The position numbers were made by a program, and so were the translations under genes. 64,000 nucleotides of DNA from Octopus vulgaris (taxonomy: Eukaryota): the NCBI GenBank assembly GCA_951406725.2, contig OX597834.1:36828001-36892000 (forward strand), read 5' to 3'. The stretch's first letter is position 1, and each line of letters opens with the position of its first letter. Below are positions 14,095-25,594 of the stretch, piece after piece. The notes beneath the pieces are model-generated. The model saw only the letters and a list, made by a program, of their open reading frames with translations. It was not told the origin of the DNA and ran no database searches.

Positions 14095-14570
14095 TTTGGT
14101 TTAGGTTAGGATTAGAGTTCGGGTTTAGGATTAGGTTTTAAGGTTAGGTTTTAGGGTTAAAGTTTTAGGTTAGGGTTTAGGATTAGGGTTAGGGTTAGTG
14201 TTATGGTTTGGTCTCGGTTTAGATTTAAATTTTAGAGCTTGGGCTAAGGGTTACAGTTTAGCGTTAGGGCTTAAGGTTATTATTAGGATTAGAGTTTAGG
14301 GTTAGTTTAAGCCCTACGGTCAGGGTTAGGTTTAGGTTTAGTGTTATGGGTTAGGTTAAGTTTTAAGGTTAGGGCTAGGGCTAAATAAAAGATTAGGGTT
14401 TGTTTTAGAGTTAAGGATTAATATTAGATTAGGCTTTAGGGTTAGAATTAGTGTTAGGATTAGACCGGCCATTAAAGTGTAAATAGCCTGGGTTAGGGTT
14501 AGGATTAGGGTTAAGATTTAGATTTATGATTAAGGCTAAGGTTATTGTTTAGGGTTAGTGATAAAGGGTA
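14095..14570 (+). repeat. Degenerate interstitial (TTAGGG)n-like array
   Basis: Many TTAGGG, TTAGG, TTTAGG and TTAGGA variants over ~475 bp. Confidence 0.9.
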
Positions 14571-14646
14571 AATGGGCAGGTAGACCGCTCTCTAATGTGG
14601 TACTGAAACTGTTGTAGGGTCGATTCAGTGTCTGTTACTGACAGAC

Positions 14647-14666
14647 CATCATCATCATCATCATTA

Positions 14667-14707
<41 letters not shown>

Positions 14708-15305
14708 ATTATTATTATTATTATTATCATTATTATTATTATTATTATCCTCTTCACCATCGTCATCTTCGACGCCGTCATCCTCATCGTCTTCATCATC
14801 ATCATGAACATCATCATTATAATCACTATCACCACTAACACCATCATTGTCATCATCATCTCATCACCACTCCTTCTCCTCCTCCTCTCTGCTCCTCCTT
14901 CTCCTCATCTTCATCAGCATCATCATCACCATCATAATGAACATCATCATTACAATCATTACTACCACCAACACCATCATCTCATCACCCCACCTCCTTC
15001 TCCCTCCTCCTCCTCCTCATTCTCCTCATCATCAACATCATCATCATCATCATTATAATGAACATCATTATAATCACTGCCACCATCATCGTCATCATCT
15101 CATCACCCCTGCTCCTCCCTCACATCCTCATCAACATCATCATTATCATCGTCATCCTCATCAACATCATCACCATCATCATCATTATAATGAACATCAT
15201 CATAATCACTACCACCACCAACACCATCATCGTCATCATCTCATCACCCCTGCTCCTCCTCCCTCACATCCTCATCAACATCATCATCATCGTCATCACC
15301 ATCAT
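14647..15305 (+). repeat. (CAT)/(TAT)/(CCT) array with four higher-order units of ~120-135 bp
   Basis: ATGAACATCAT recurs at 14804, 14937, 15058, 15190. Confidence 0.85.
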
Positions 15306-15684
15306 TTCCCACCCTCTCAAAACGTGTGGTCTGATGCCAATATACCAGATCCTTATTATGTCAACAACTAAGGAGGTGTGTGGTTACTATGTAAGTAGCC
15401 ACCTTATCTTCCCGATCACATTCCTCTCTTTATCTCCATCTTTCACACTATTTTACTCCGAAATAGTTTTTCTCACGCAATTAACTCCATCTTTGCTCAT
15501 TTCATTTTCTTTTCACATTATTTTCCGATTGCTAGAGACCCTGATCGTCTCCAGGTGTCCCAATTCATCTCTTTCTGTCTATCTATCTGTCTATCTGCCT
15601 GTTTGTGTGTCGTTCTGTCTCTGTCTATCTATCTGTCTATCTGCCTGTTTGTGTGTCGTTCTGTCTCTGTCTATCTCTTTCTCC

Positions 15685-15739
<55 letters not shown>

Positions 15740-15951
15740 CCTACCTATCCATCTATCTATCTATCTATTTGTCTATCTGTATACACAAATACTCTAACAC
15801 CTACAAATATGAGAGCCCATATATGTGTATGTGCGTGTGTATGTGTATGTGTGCGTGTGTGTGCGTGTATGTACATGTATAGATATATAACTATGCATAC
15901 ACACATATATGAATATAAACACGCGTTTATATGCTTATATTTATATGCTTA

Positions 15952-16012
<61 letters not shown>

Positions 16013-16084
16013 TGATAAGTGCAAAGCGACGAAACTCATCCTTGAGTCATTCTGTTGCTTCTGCAAAAGATGAAGTAAAAAAAT

Positions 16085-16182
16085 AAAGTGCTTATTATAC
16101 ATAAATATAGGGTGCGTATTATACACGAATATGAAATGTGTTTTATTCATGAATAAAAAGTGTGCGTTATACTCGTATAAAA
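16085..16182 (+). mobile_element. pogo-like MITE fragment
   Basis: Repeated GTGCGTATTATACAC-type motif, three degenerate copies. Confidence 0.35.
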
Positions 16183-16264
16183 CCCTTCAAAGCGGTGCTC
16201 TGGCGTGGCCGTAGTCAAACAACTAACACAAATAAAAGAATAATAAAAAAAGGAATATATATAT

Positions 16265-19233
16265 GATTGATTGATTGATTGATTCCAGTTCCAGCCTGTG
16301 AGCTGTGGCCATGCTGGGGCACCGCCATTTGGTGTTGCTACTTGGTTTTACTTCATGGGGGCTTTCTAGCAACTGCTATTTGGTGCATGAGAGAGTTCGA
16401 TGCAGCTGCCCTCATCTGCCCCTCCTGCCGTGAAGTTGGTTCATCTGGGACACCAGACAGGAAGAGATCCAGCTTCATTTTAAAGACATCTGTATCCACC
16501 CCATGCAGGTCTCTCAGGTTCTTCGGGAGGATATTGAAGAGCTGTGGGTCTCGGAAGCCCAGGCTATCACAGAATCTTGTCCTACATCTTGATGGCAGGT
16601 TTGGAGTCCTAGGCACCACGCAGTGGCGCCCAGTTCTGGCATTTGTGTAACACTCGATGCCAAAGTTCAGGACACTTCCCTCCAGGAACTTCCAGATGTA
16701 TATTATGGCATATCTTTCCCGCCTACGCTCCAGGGAGTATAATTTTAATCTCTTGAGTCTTTCCCAGTAGCTTACATTCTGCATAGAGGCTATCTTCTTT
16801 GTGTAGCTTCGTTGGATCGCCTCAAGTTCTGTGATCAACTTGACACTGGATGGTGACCATAGCTGAGAGCAATAGTCAAAGTGGCTTAGGACAAGTGTCT
16901 TCCAGAGGACCATCATGGTTTCTTGTTCTCTTGTTCTAAAGGTTCTAAGAATCCAGCCAGCCAGCCGTCTACATTTCACTGTCAGTTTAGCAACATGTAC
17001 ATGAAAGGTCGCGTCATCACTCATGTGAATACCCAGGTCACGCACTGATTGTGCCTCTGGGATTGCAATCCCTCCGGGTCCAGTGTATTCATTGGGTATT
17101 GCATTCAGTTTTGCATGCTGATAGTATAAAGCTTGAAACTTTCCAGCATTGAACTGCATGCTATTCTTTTCAGCCCACTTGTATATTTCGTCCAGCTCAC
17201 ATTGCAGGTTTTTAGTGTCCTCAGGGTTCTGTATTGCCTGTGAAACTTTTGTATCATCTGCATAACTTGTGATCGTGGATCTCTGCGTGGCTGAGGGCAT
17301 GTCTGAGAGGGCCATTATGAACAGTAGTGGTCCCAAAACAGTGCCCTGTGGAACACCACTCATTATTTGCGTGTTAATGGAAGTGGCCCCATTGGCTACT
17401 ACCACCTGACTTCTATTCTTCAGAAAGTCGTGAAGCCATTCTCCTAGTTTTCCAACTATGCCAAGATCACGCAACCTGTGACATATCATTCCGTGATCGA
17501 CTTTATCGAAGGCCTTTGCGAAGTCGAGATATATGACTTCCACATTTGAGTGGTTGAGCAGTTGTTTCAGCACCCAGTCATAGTGCTGCAGGAGCTGAGT
17601 TAAGCAGCTTCTTCCTGGTCGGAAACCATGTTGGGTGTCAGGCAGCAAGTCATTTTCTTCAAGGAAGGTGATTAGTTTCCTTCTGACTATTCGTTCCATG
17701 ACCTTGCTGATGTGTGAGGTCAGAGAGATAGGTCTGTAGTTCTTTGCCTCCGCTCTGCTACCTCCTTTATGAATAGGGCATATTTTACCTTCCTTCAGTC
17801 CCCTTGGAAGTTTGCCAGCTGCAAGGAAGCTCTGAAAGAGGAACTGCAGTGGTCTTGCTAAGACTCTCTTACATACTTTTAGGAGGATTGCCGGGAATCC
17901 ATCGGGGCCAGTAGCTGAGTCTATTTTCATTTCATCTATAGCCTTTATTACATCGTCTTCCTTTATCTCGATGTAACTTATCGTCGCCGCCTCTGATTCT
18001 ATATCTGCAGTGGTAAAGAAGTCAGTTGGATTGCTGATTTGGAAATGCCCAAGGGGTGGAGTGAAAACACTCTTGAATTGTTCATTCAGTAGTTCACTTA
18101 CCCTCATTGGTTTTCCTGTGAGTGTGCCATCCTTTTCAAGGAGTGGCCCTATCCTACAGTGCACTGTAGCCGTTTCTTTGGCATACCTGTAGAAAGCTCT
18201 GGGGTTAGTTTTTATGTTGTCTATAGCCCAGGCTTCTTTGTCTGCTCTTTCCTTCTCATGGGAAAGTTGCAGACAATTTTCAATTTCCAACAGTTTTATT
18301 TTCAGGCGGGACTTTTCACTACTTTCAATTTGTTTGTTTAGGCGATTTGAAATTTTTGTACGCCGTCTCATTAAAATTTTCCTCTCTCTGGGGATTTTGT
18401 TCTTGTGTACAGTGGCCTTTCTCTCTGGGACACATTTGTAGCATATGGCTTGCATTACAGACATGAATTGTTGAAGTATCATGTCGATGTCCGGCGAGGA
18501 GAGACATTCAGGCCAGTTTTGTTTGAGGATCTCTTTCTCAATTTGTTTCCAGTTTGCCTTATTGAAGTTCAAGCTGGAAAGATTCTGAGGGTTTCTTGTA
18601 GGCTGCATGTCCGTGCTCTCTTTTGGCCCGTACATGGTCAGCTCTACCATGTTGTGATCCGAGAGTAGTGTCGGTGTCACTTTCACATTATGGATGAGAT
18701 CCATATTATTTGTGAAGCAGAGATCCAGTGTGTTACCTGCTCTGGTTGGTTGCAGTATTACTTGCTCCATGTACAGGGTGTTGGTGAGGTTCAGGAGGGA
18801 CCTCGCCTGTCCACGTTCACATCTTGTCATTCCTGGGAGAGAAAGGCCCTCGGGCCATCTGACATTCGGTAGATTGAAGTCTCCCATGAGAAGTACACTT
18901 ATGTGTTGTTCTAATGTGGTTAGAACTTCTTCTATTTTTAAAAGGCAGTCCTCGAACTTGCCCATATGACTTGGGGCATCTGGAGGGCGATATGTAGCAC
19001 ACACAACTACATCAAGTTGCCTTATGTGTACAATTAGTGTGTCACACACCGAGTTTGAGTATGACAAAAGGACCTGGGGTGTGAGGTCCCCACGGATGTA
19101 CATAGCAACTCCTCCATGACTCCTTTCTTTCCTGTCGGTCCGTAGTACAACATACTGTGGTATGTGTAATTCCGCATCTGCTATGTCCGGTTTCAGATGC
19201 GTTTCTGTGAGTGCTATGCATAAGGCTTGATTG
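16265..19233 (-). mobile_element. CR1-type (Jockey/CR1 group) LINE, 5'-truncated within the APE endonuclease, with short 3' UTR and (AATC)5 tail
   Basis: ORF2 motifs (next entry); 3' UTR about 16285-16352; (GATT)5 at 16265-16284 on + strand; ATATATATAT on both flanks. Confidence 0.95.
16353..19103 (-). CDS. LINE ORF2: apurinic endonuclease plus reverse transcriptase (916 aa from first Met; frame stays open upstream to ~19233)
   Basis: EN motifs YRPP, MGDFN, TLDLCF, SDH; RT motifs NYRPISLTS, QHGFRPGRSC, YLDFAKAFDKV, GVPQGTVLGPLLF, YADD. Upstream in-frame translation gives ALCIALTETHL...HGGVAMYIR (EN N-terminal part). Confidence 0.95.
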   Translation of the reverse strand: MYIRGDLTPQVLLSYSNSVCDTLIVHIRQLDVVVCATYRPPDAPSHMGKFEDCLLKIEEVLTTLEQHISVLLMGDFNLPNVRWPEGLSLPGMTRCERGQARSLLNLTNTLYMEQVILQPTRAGNTLDLCFTNNMDLIHNVKVTPTLLSDHNMVELTMYGPKESTDMQPTRNPQNLSSLNFNKANWKQIEKEILKQNWPECLSSPDIDMILQQFMSVMQAICYKCVPERKATVHKNKIPRERKILMRRRTKISNRLNKQIESSEKSRLKIKLLEIENCLQLSHEKERADKEAWAIDNIKTNPRAFYRYAKETATVHCRIGPLLEKDGTLTGKPMRVSELLNEQFKSVFTPPLGHFQISNPTDFFTTADIESEAATISYIEIKEDDVIKAIDEMKIDSATGPDGFPAILLKVCKRVLARPLQFLFQSFLAAGKLPRGLKEGKICPIHKGGSRAEAKNYRPISLTSHISKVMERIVRRKLITFLEENDLLPDTQHGFRPGRSCLTQLLQHYDWVLKQLLNHSNVEVIYLDFAKAFDKVDHGMICHRLRDLGIVGKLGEWLHDFLKNRSQVVVANGATSINTQIMSGVPQGTVLGPLLFIMALSDMPSATQRSTITSYADDTKVSQAIQNPEDTKNLQCELDEIYKWAEKNSMQFNAGKFQALYYQHAKLNAIPNEYTGPGGIAIPEAQSVRDLGIHMSDDATFHVHVAKLTVKCRRLAGWILRTFRTREQETMMVLWKTLVLSHFDYCSQLWSPSSVKLITELEAIQRSYTKKIASMQNVSYWERLKRLKLYSLERRRERYAIIYIWKFLEGSVLNFGIECYTNARTGRHCVVPRTPNLPSRCRTRFCDSLGFRDPQLFNILPKNLRDLHGVDTDVFKMKLDLFLSGVPDEPTSRQEGQMRAAASNSLMHQIAVARKPP

Positions 19234-19404
19234 CATATATATATATAATATCAACAATTGAGGGTAAAATTAATTAATCAATTTCACCAAGTGTTCAGTA
19301 TGTAAAAGGACCATTTAAGGCGAATTCAAAATATTACATTATATAATTAGGGCTTAGTAAAATAAATTACTTTGCCACATACTGAACTTAGTAGAAATAG
19401 CAGC

Positions 19405-19435
<31 letters not shown>

Positions 19436-19696
19436 CGTACATACTCATGTTTTGAGTTTTATTTTTTCTCTTTGCATCACTAAGGATGACTTCATTCGTG
19501 CGTGTTACAATAGGTAAGTAGAGCGATCACGTATGGCTTTCATTTGATATTTCCCGTAGATTTTAAATGTTAACAAGAGATTTAGAAGTAAAAATCTTTT
19601 TGATTTCGAAATACTACTCTAGCCGAGATCAGGCATGACGTGCAAATGCGATGATGGCCAGTATTATAAGAATTCCCTCAATCTATATATCAATAT

Positions 19697-20003
19697 GTGG
19701 AGGCGCAATGGCCCAGTAGTTGGTGCAGCGGACTCGTGGCCGTAGGATCGTGGTTTCGATTCCCAGACTGGGCGTTGTGAGTGTTTATTGAGCAAAAACA
19801 CCTAAAAGCTCCACGAGGCTCCGGCAGGGGGTGGTGATCCCTGCTGTACTCTTTCACCACTCTTTTTCCCACTCTTTCTTCTCTTGGCCTGCTCGCTTAG
19901 CCAGCGGGGTGGCGTCATTCGAAGGCTAAAATAATGCGAACGCGTTGTGACCAGCGATGTGTAGCAACATCTGATGGTCTGGTCGGTCACGTGATCACGT
20001 GAT
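19697..20003 (+). mobile_element. tRNA-derived SINE family C, full-length
   Basis: GGCGCAATGGCCCAGTAGTTGG...GGTTTCGATTCCC head; 3' part near-identical to 57358-57477; (CACGTGAT)2 tail. Confidence 0.85.
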
Positions 20004-20019
20004 ATATCAATATATATAC

Positions 20020-20115
20020 ACAGTAATACTTCGACTATCACAGGTGTTACATTCCAAAATCCCCCGCAATAGGTGAAAATCCACGAAGTAGAAACAGTAC
20101 TGTACTGTATATTCC
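20020..20115 (+). mobile_element. pogo/Tigger-like MITE terminal fragment
   Basis: CAGTAATACTTCGACTATCACAGGTGTTACATTCCAAAATCCCCCGCAATAGGTGAAAATCCACG resembles Tigger-type ends. Confidence 0.5.
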
Positions 20116-21027
20116 TTTAAATAGTTTTATAATTTGTATATATTCAATTTATTCTAAATGCAAAACTGTTTATCGATTTTTTAGTCTCTCCAGTTTCTTA
20201 TTTTTCTTATAAGTTCTGGGTAAATTTCTACTTTACTCCCACCCATACCCAGTATTCAATTGCGATATTTCCTTGCAATAGCTAGCACTTAGATATAAAT
20301 ACGTAGGTATACATCCAGTGGTATATTGGATATTTACTATCCCTTAGATGGTTGCTTAACCTCTAATTCACACAGACATATATATATAATTCATATATGA
20401 TCTATTTAAGGAGGAAAACGGAGAAGGCATAGAATGAATAGGTATAAGTTTGAGGGGATATGTTGTGTGATAGGTAACTATAGAAGGAAGCAGCAGAATT
20501 AATCGTAAGAGAAAATAATAAGTAAACTAACAAGAGACAGAAAAAGCTCCAAGTTAAATCGCTATGTAATATTAATGACTTGGGTGGTGAAAAGTGATAT
20601 AGGGGAGATAAGTCACATTTAAATCGTATAATTATAGATGTGAAAAAGAATGAGCGAGAATAAGCGAGAGGAAAGACAAGTTCGCTGATATAAACTTACA
20701 TACGTTCAAAGCGTCTTTAAGTAAACGAATAAATAAAGATATTCATACGAGAATGAAGAAGGACAAAGAAAGGTAATTACTAGAACAAAGTAAGAAGAAA
20801 TTGTTAACAGATCTTTAGCTTCTTTTTTAGCCCTTGAAATCATGTCTGCCATACAATTTATTTCGCCTCAGTCATCAAAGGAGGAAGAAACTGTTTGCTC
20901 CTTCTGGACAAAGGAAAGCGGTGAGGCCATCATCGCGATAGATTCAGTTGATAACTGGATCTATTCTACGTTTTACACATGACATCACCTATTCGACAAA
21001 ACTTCACAAGATAGTAATGTTTGACTC

Positions 21028-21058
<31 letters not shown>

Positions 21059-21189
21059 CTGTTTCTGTCTGTCTGTCTCTGTCGGTCTGTCTGTCCCTCT
21101 TTCTCTCTCAGGCCCAGATGACGGCACTACCACATTGCAGATAGTACTCCGAACCAGTAATGACATTCCCTGATCCTAATTATACAGTC

Positions 21190-21781
21190 AGACCGGACGA
21201 AAGACCACTAAGCATTTTGTCCGATGTGCCTGCGATTCTGCTAGCTCACTGCCTTTAAGGAATCAGTCTCAATTCTTGACTGGCATTTTATTTTAACGAG
21301 CCCAAAAGGGGAAGCGTTAAAGTTCACCTCGGCGCGATTTGAACCCCAAACGAAAAGAGTGGGAGCAAATACTGTTAAGAATGTTCTCCAATGTTCTAAC
21401 GATTCTACAAATCCACCGCTGGTCATGGTTTCTGAATGTGGCATAAACACAGTAATTTCAAGGGAAAGAGAGAAGTGGTGGATACCGTCGAACTCATTTA
21501 TTCAATTGCAACAACAATAACAGCAACAACAATAATAATAGTTTGAAATTTTGGCACAAAGCTACTAATTTGTTGTGGACAGGGTTAATCGATTTCATCG
21601 ATTCTGGTTTCTGATTGCTATTTTAGTTTTTCGACGCAGTAAGGGCGAAACGGAAAGCTGACCACGCCAGGATATGAACTCAGAATTAAAGATCGGGGGG
21701 AAAATACCACCAAGCATTTTGTTCGGAGCGCTAATGATTCAACCAGTGCCGCCGGCTGGGCCTGAGAGAGAGAGAGAGAGG

Positions 21782-21833
<52 letters not shown>

Positions 21834-22095
21834 AATGAAAGGGAAAGAGGTATATACAGGCAGACTGACAGACAGGCACACACACAGAGACAATAATCCT
21901 TTGTTCTATAGCTACAAGGCCTGAAATTTTTGGGGAGGGGACTAGTCAATTACGCCGACCCCAGACCTCAACTGGTACTTATTCCATCGATCTCGAAAGA
22001 ATGAAAGGTAAAGTCGACCTCGGTGGAATTTGAACTCAGAACGCAGCACTAAGCATTCGTCCAGCACGCTTACGATTGAACCAGCCCGCCCCCTC
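21190..22095 (-). mobile_element. Cluster of about four diverged SINE B copies
   Basis: Repeated TTTGAACTCAGAA / CTAAGCATTT / TAACGATTC motifs. Confidence 0.7.
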
Positions 22096-22119
22096 AAACC
22101 AATAAAATCTGTTTATTGA

Positions 22120-22365
22120 TTGACACGAGTACACCTTGTGATCATAATATCTCGGCAAAGGAATTTGATAAGCTCAGAAAATATAAAGATTTGCTGACTG
22201 AAATCGAAAAAAATGTGGCATCTCAAGACGGTTGCAATACCAATGATTACAGCAGCACTTGGAATGACCAAGAATGGAACTGAAAATTATTTGAGAATGA
22301 TCCCTGTTTTACCATCCCTGCAAGGAGTGCAAAAGATAGTTTCAACTGCAACGTCACATGTATTG
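22120..22365 (+). mobile_element. R4/Dong-like LINE C-terminal fragment
   Basis: DHNISAKEFDKLRKYKDLL.EIEK / MWHLKTVAIPMITAALGM...YLRMIPVLPSLQGVQKIV; homologous to the copy at 46454. Confidence 0.75.
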
Positions 22366-22514
22366 CTGGACGAATGCTTAGTGCTGCGTTCTGAGTTCAA
22401 ATTCCACCGAGGTCGGCTTTACCTTTCATTCTTTCGGGGTCAATGGAATAAGTACCAGTTGAGGTCTGGGGCCGATGTAATTGACTAGTACCCTCCCCCA
22501 ACAACAACAACAAC

Positions 22515-22570
<56 letters not shown>

Positions 22571-22670
22571 GAATAATAATAATAATGGTTTCAAATTGTC
22601 CACAAGGGCAGCAATTTTTTCTTTTTTTGGAGAGGGGTGGGTAGATCGATTTTATCGACCCCAGTGTTTA
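22366..22670. mobile_element. SINE B fragments (22366-22500 plus; 22588-22670 minus) around (TAA)n
   Basis: Homology. Confidence 0.7.
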
Positions 22671-23004
22671 ACAATAATTTGCGACGTAAATATATGGCCT
22701 CATATTTTAAGGGTTGGGGGAATGCCATCAGTTGCACCAAAATCATTAAGCATAAACTTATACACAATTGTTGTCAATCCCTGGAAAGCTGAAAGCTAGG
22801 GGACAGACAACAACGGAAGGATTTGAACTTGTAACATGAAATCACAGAGCTAAATACTAGATGGTATTTTGTTTGACGCACCAGTGATTACGTCACCCGA
22901 ATATAACAAATGGTACAGGAGTAGTGGAAGCAGCAGCAGCAACAGCAGCATAAGCGGCAGTCGCAGTACCAGTTGTGGTAGTAGTAGCAGAGAAAGAGGT
23001 AGTT

Positions 23005-23040
<36 letters not shown>

Positions 23041-23370
23041 CCTCATTATCCTTTCAAACATATGACGTTTGTTACATATGTGTGTATGTGTGTGTGTGAG
23101 TACACACACATCTATCTATCTATCAATTTATATATATATATATTTATGTATATATACATACATATGTACATAATATATATATATATTTATATATTTATAT
23201 ATATATATCCATGCATATACTTATGCACACTCATACACAAGTGTATATATATTTATATTTATATATATATACATGTACATATGTACACATACATGTATAT
23301 ATGTATATATATATACATACATACACGTATATATATATATATATATATATACATACATACACGTATACAC

Positions 23371-23408
<38 letters not shown>

Positions 23409-23816
23409 ATGTATATATATATAATTATCTATGCAGAACTCACAGGTATAATTATAAATATATACATATACGCATATATAAACACATATATAAACATATA
23501 TATATGTGTGTGTGTGTATAAGTATACATGTATATACACACACATTGAGATGTACACGCACACACAGACGCGCATACACTCACACACGTCTTTACGTCTC
23601 TTGTATGGTTCGCCTGTGTCAGCCTGCTTCCGACCTTAACGCAGACCGACATTTGAGTGACAAGCCATAGTTGAGATAAAGTCTTTCAATTAGCGCTGCT
23701 CAATGATTCCTGCTAAACCGATGTTCTACAGAGATATTGTGAAGCGAAGAGAGAACGACGAAGACGTTCTTTTTTGGGGGCCTTTTTGCGAGTTTGTGCA
23801 TGTATTTCATGAGTTT

Positions 23817-23862
<46 letters not shown>

Positions 23863-24363
23863 TTTTGAGTGTTCTTCACGATTTTGTTATTAGTTATGCT
23901 TTTTATTTTTCGGTTTATTTTTGTGCGTTTTGGGCGTGTTTTTGGGATGCTATATTTACTACATTGGTGAGAGCTTCTAACCAGATGATGGATTTAAACT
24001 AGTATTGTTTCTTGACTTAACTGTGTCAGGCCTTCGTATGTATTCATGTATGTATACTCACACACACACACGCATATATATATGTATATATATATATATA
24101 TGTATATATTATGGTATGCTTAAAATATGATACATATATACATTGATACATATGCATATATACATATATATGTATATAGGTGTATGCACATATATATATA
24201 TATACATATACAAGCATATGTACATATGTATATATATATATACATATATATGTAAGAATGCATATATATATATATGTAAGTATATATATGTGCATATGTA
24301 AGTATATATATATATATATGTATGTATGTATATATATATATATATAAACACACGCACACACAC

Positions 24364-24486
<123 letters not shown>

Positions 24487-24540
24487 AATTTATCTATCTA
24501 TGTATCTATGTATCTGTCTGTCTGTCTGTCTCTCTCTCTG

Positions 24541-24574
<34 letters not shown>

Positions 24575-24575
<1 letters not shown>

Positions 24576-25143
24576 GGCATCAAATGGCAGAATCATATCC
24601 CCAACAAACATATCCTCAAGCAAGCAGGAATACCAAGCATGTTTGCACTCCTCACACAAAGACGTATGAGATGGCTTGAGCATGTTAGCCGTATGAAAGA
24701 TGGCAGAATCCCCAGGGACATACCCTACGGAGAACTTGCTAGGGGTACTAGGTCTGTGGGAAGACCGTTCTTACGTTACAAGGATGTTTGCAAAAGGGAC
24801 ATGAAGGCCTGCAACATCAATATTAGCAATTGGGAAGCAGTTGCCAGCAACCGTGGAGATTGGCGACGTACCGTAAAAGAGGGAATACAAAGGAGTGGCA
24901 GAGAGAGAGAGAGAGAGAGGAGAAATGGAAAGACAAGAAAATACGTCAACAAGAAAGTATGACATTACAACCAGCCAGGCAAAGTCTTCGCTACATTTGC
25001 GGCACCAGCCTGAAGGAGTGTTTGTCCAGGATAGGACTACACAGCCTCAGCAGGAAATGTATCAGGACATGAAATGTAAAAGCCGGACTAGACTATTTTA
25101 TGCGCAACTCCATTGTCTCCCGAGAGAAAAAGGAAGCCAACCA
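24575..25143 (+). mobile_element. RTE/BovB-like LINE 3' fragment
   Basis: GIKWQNHIPN...RRMRWLEHVSRMKDGRIPRDIPYGEL..G.R..GRPFLRYKDVCKRDMK; Cys/His C-terminal remnant; followed by (TATG)n. Confidence 0.9.
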
Positions 25144-25409
25144 ATGTATGTATGTATGTATGTATGTATGTATGTATGTATGTATGTATGTATGTATGAA
25201 GCACGATTTATTCGCGATCAGAGCTGTTCAAAAACCAAGGTACAGGTGTATATATGTATATATATATATATAATTTTATGAAATAAAATATTTGCATAGT
25301 CGACCGGAATGAAAACTGATGATAATATGAACTTATAACATTATCAGAAACTGCTTAGTGATGATCAGCATAAGCGCAACCGTTCAACTATGTAAATATT
25401 TTATATATC

Positions 25410-25479
<70 letters not shown>

Positions 25480-25508
25480 ATATATATGTGTGTGTATATA
25501 TAAATATA

Positions 25509-25594
<86 letters not shown>

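Noticed and set aside
14095-14570. True telomere or chromosome fusion site
   Set aside because: Highly degenerate, single orientation, internal
18010-19002. Short ORFs overlapping the LINE
   Set aside because: Antisense or alternate-frame by-products of ORF2
19697-19775. tRNA-like sequences (also 26608, 47881, 48372)
   Set aside because: Run directly into SINE bodies and lack a complete cloverleaf; SINE heads, not tRNA genes
23703-24002. 99-aa ORF in semi-unique DNA
   Set aside because: Runs through (TG)n; no recognisable domain or splice signals
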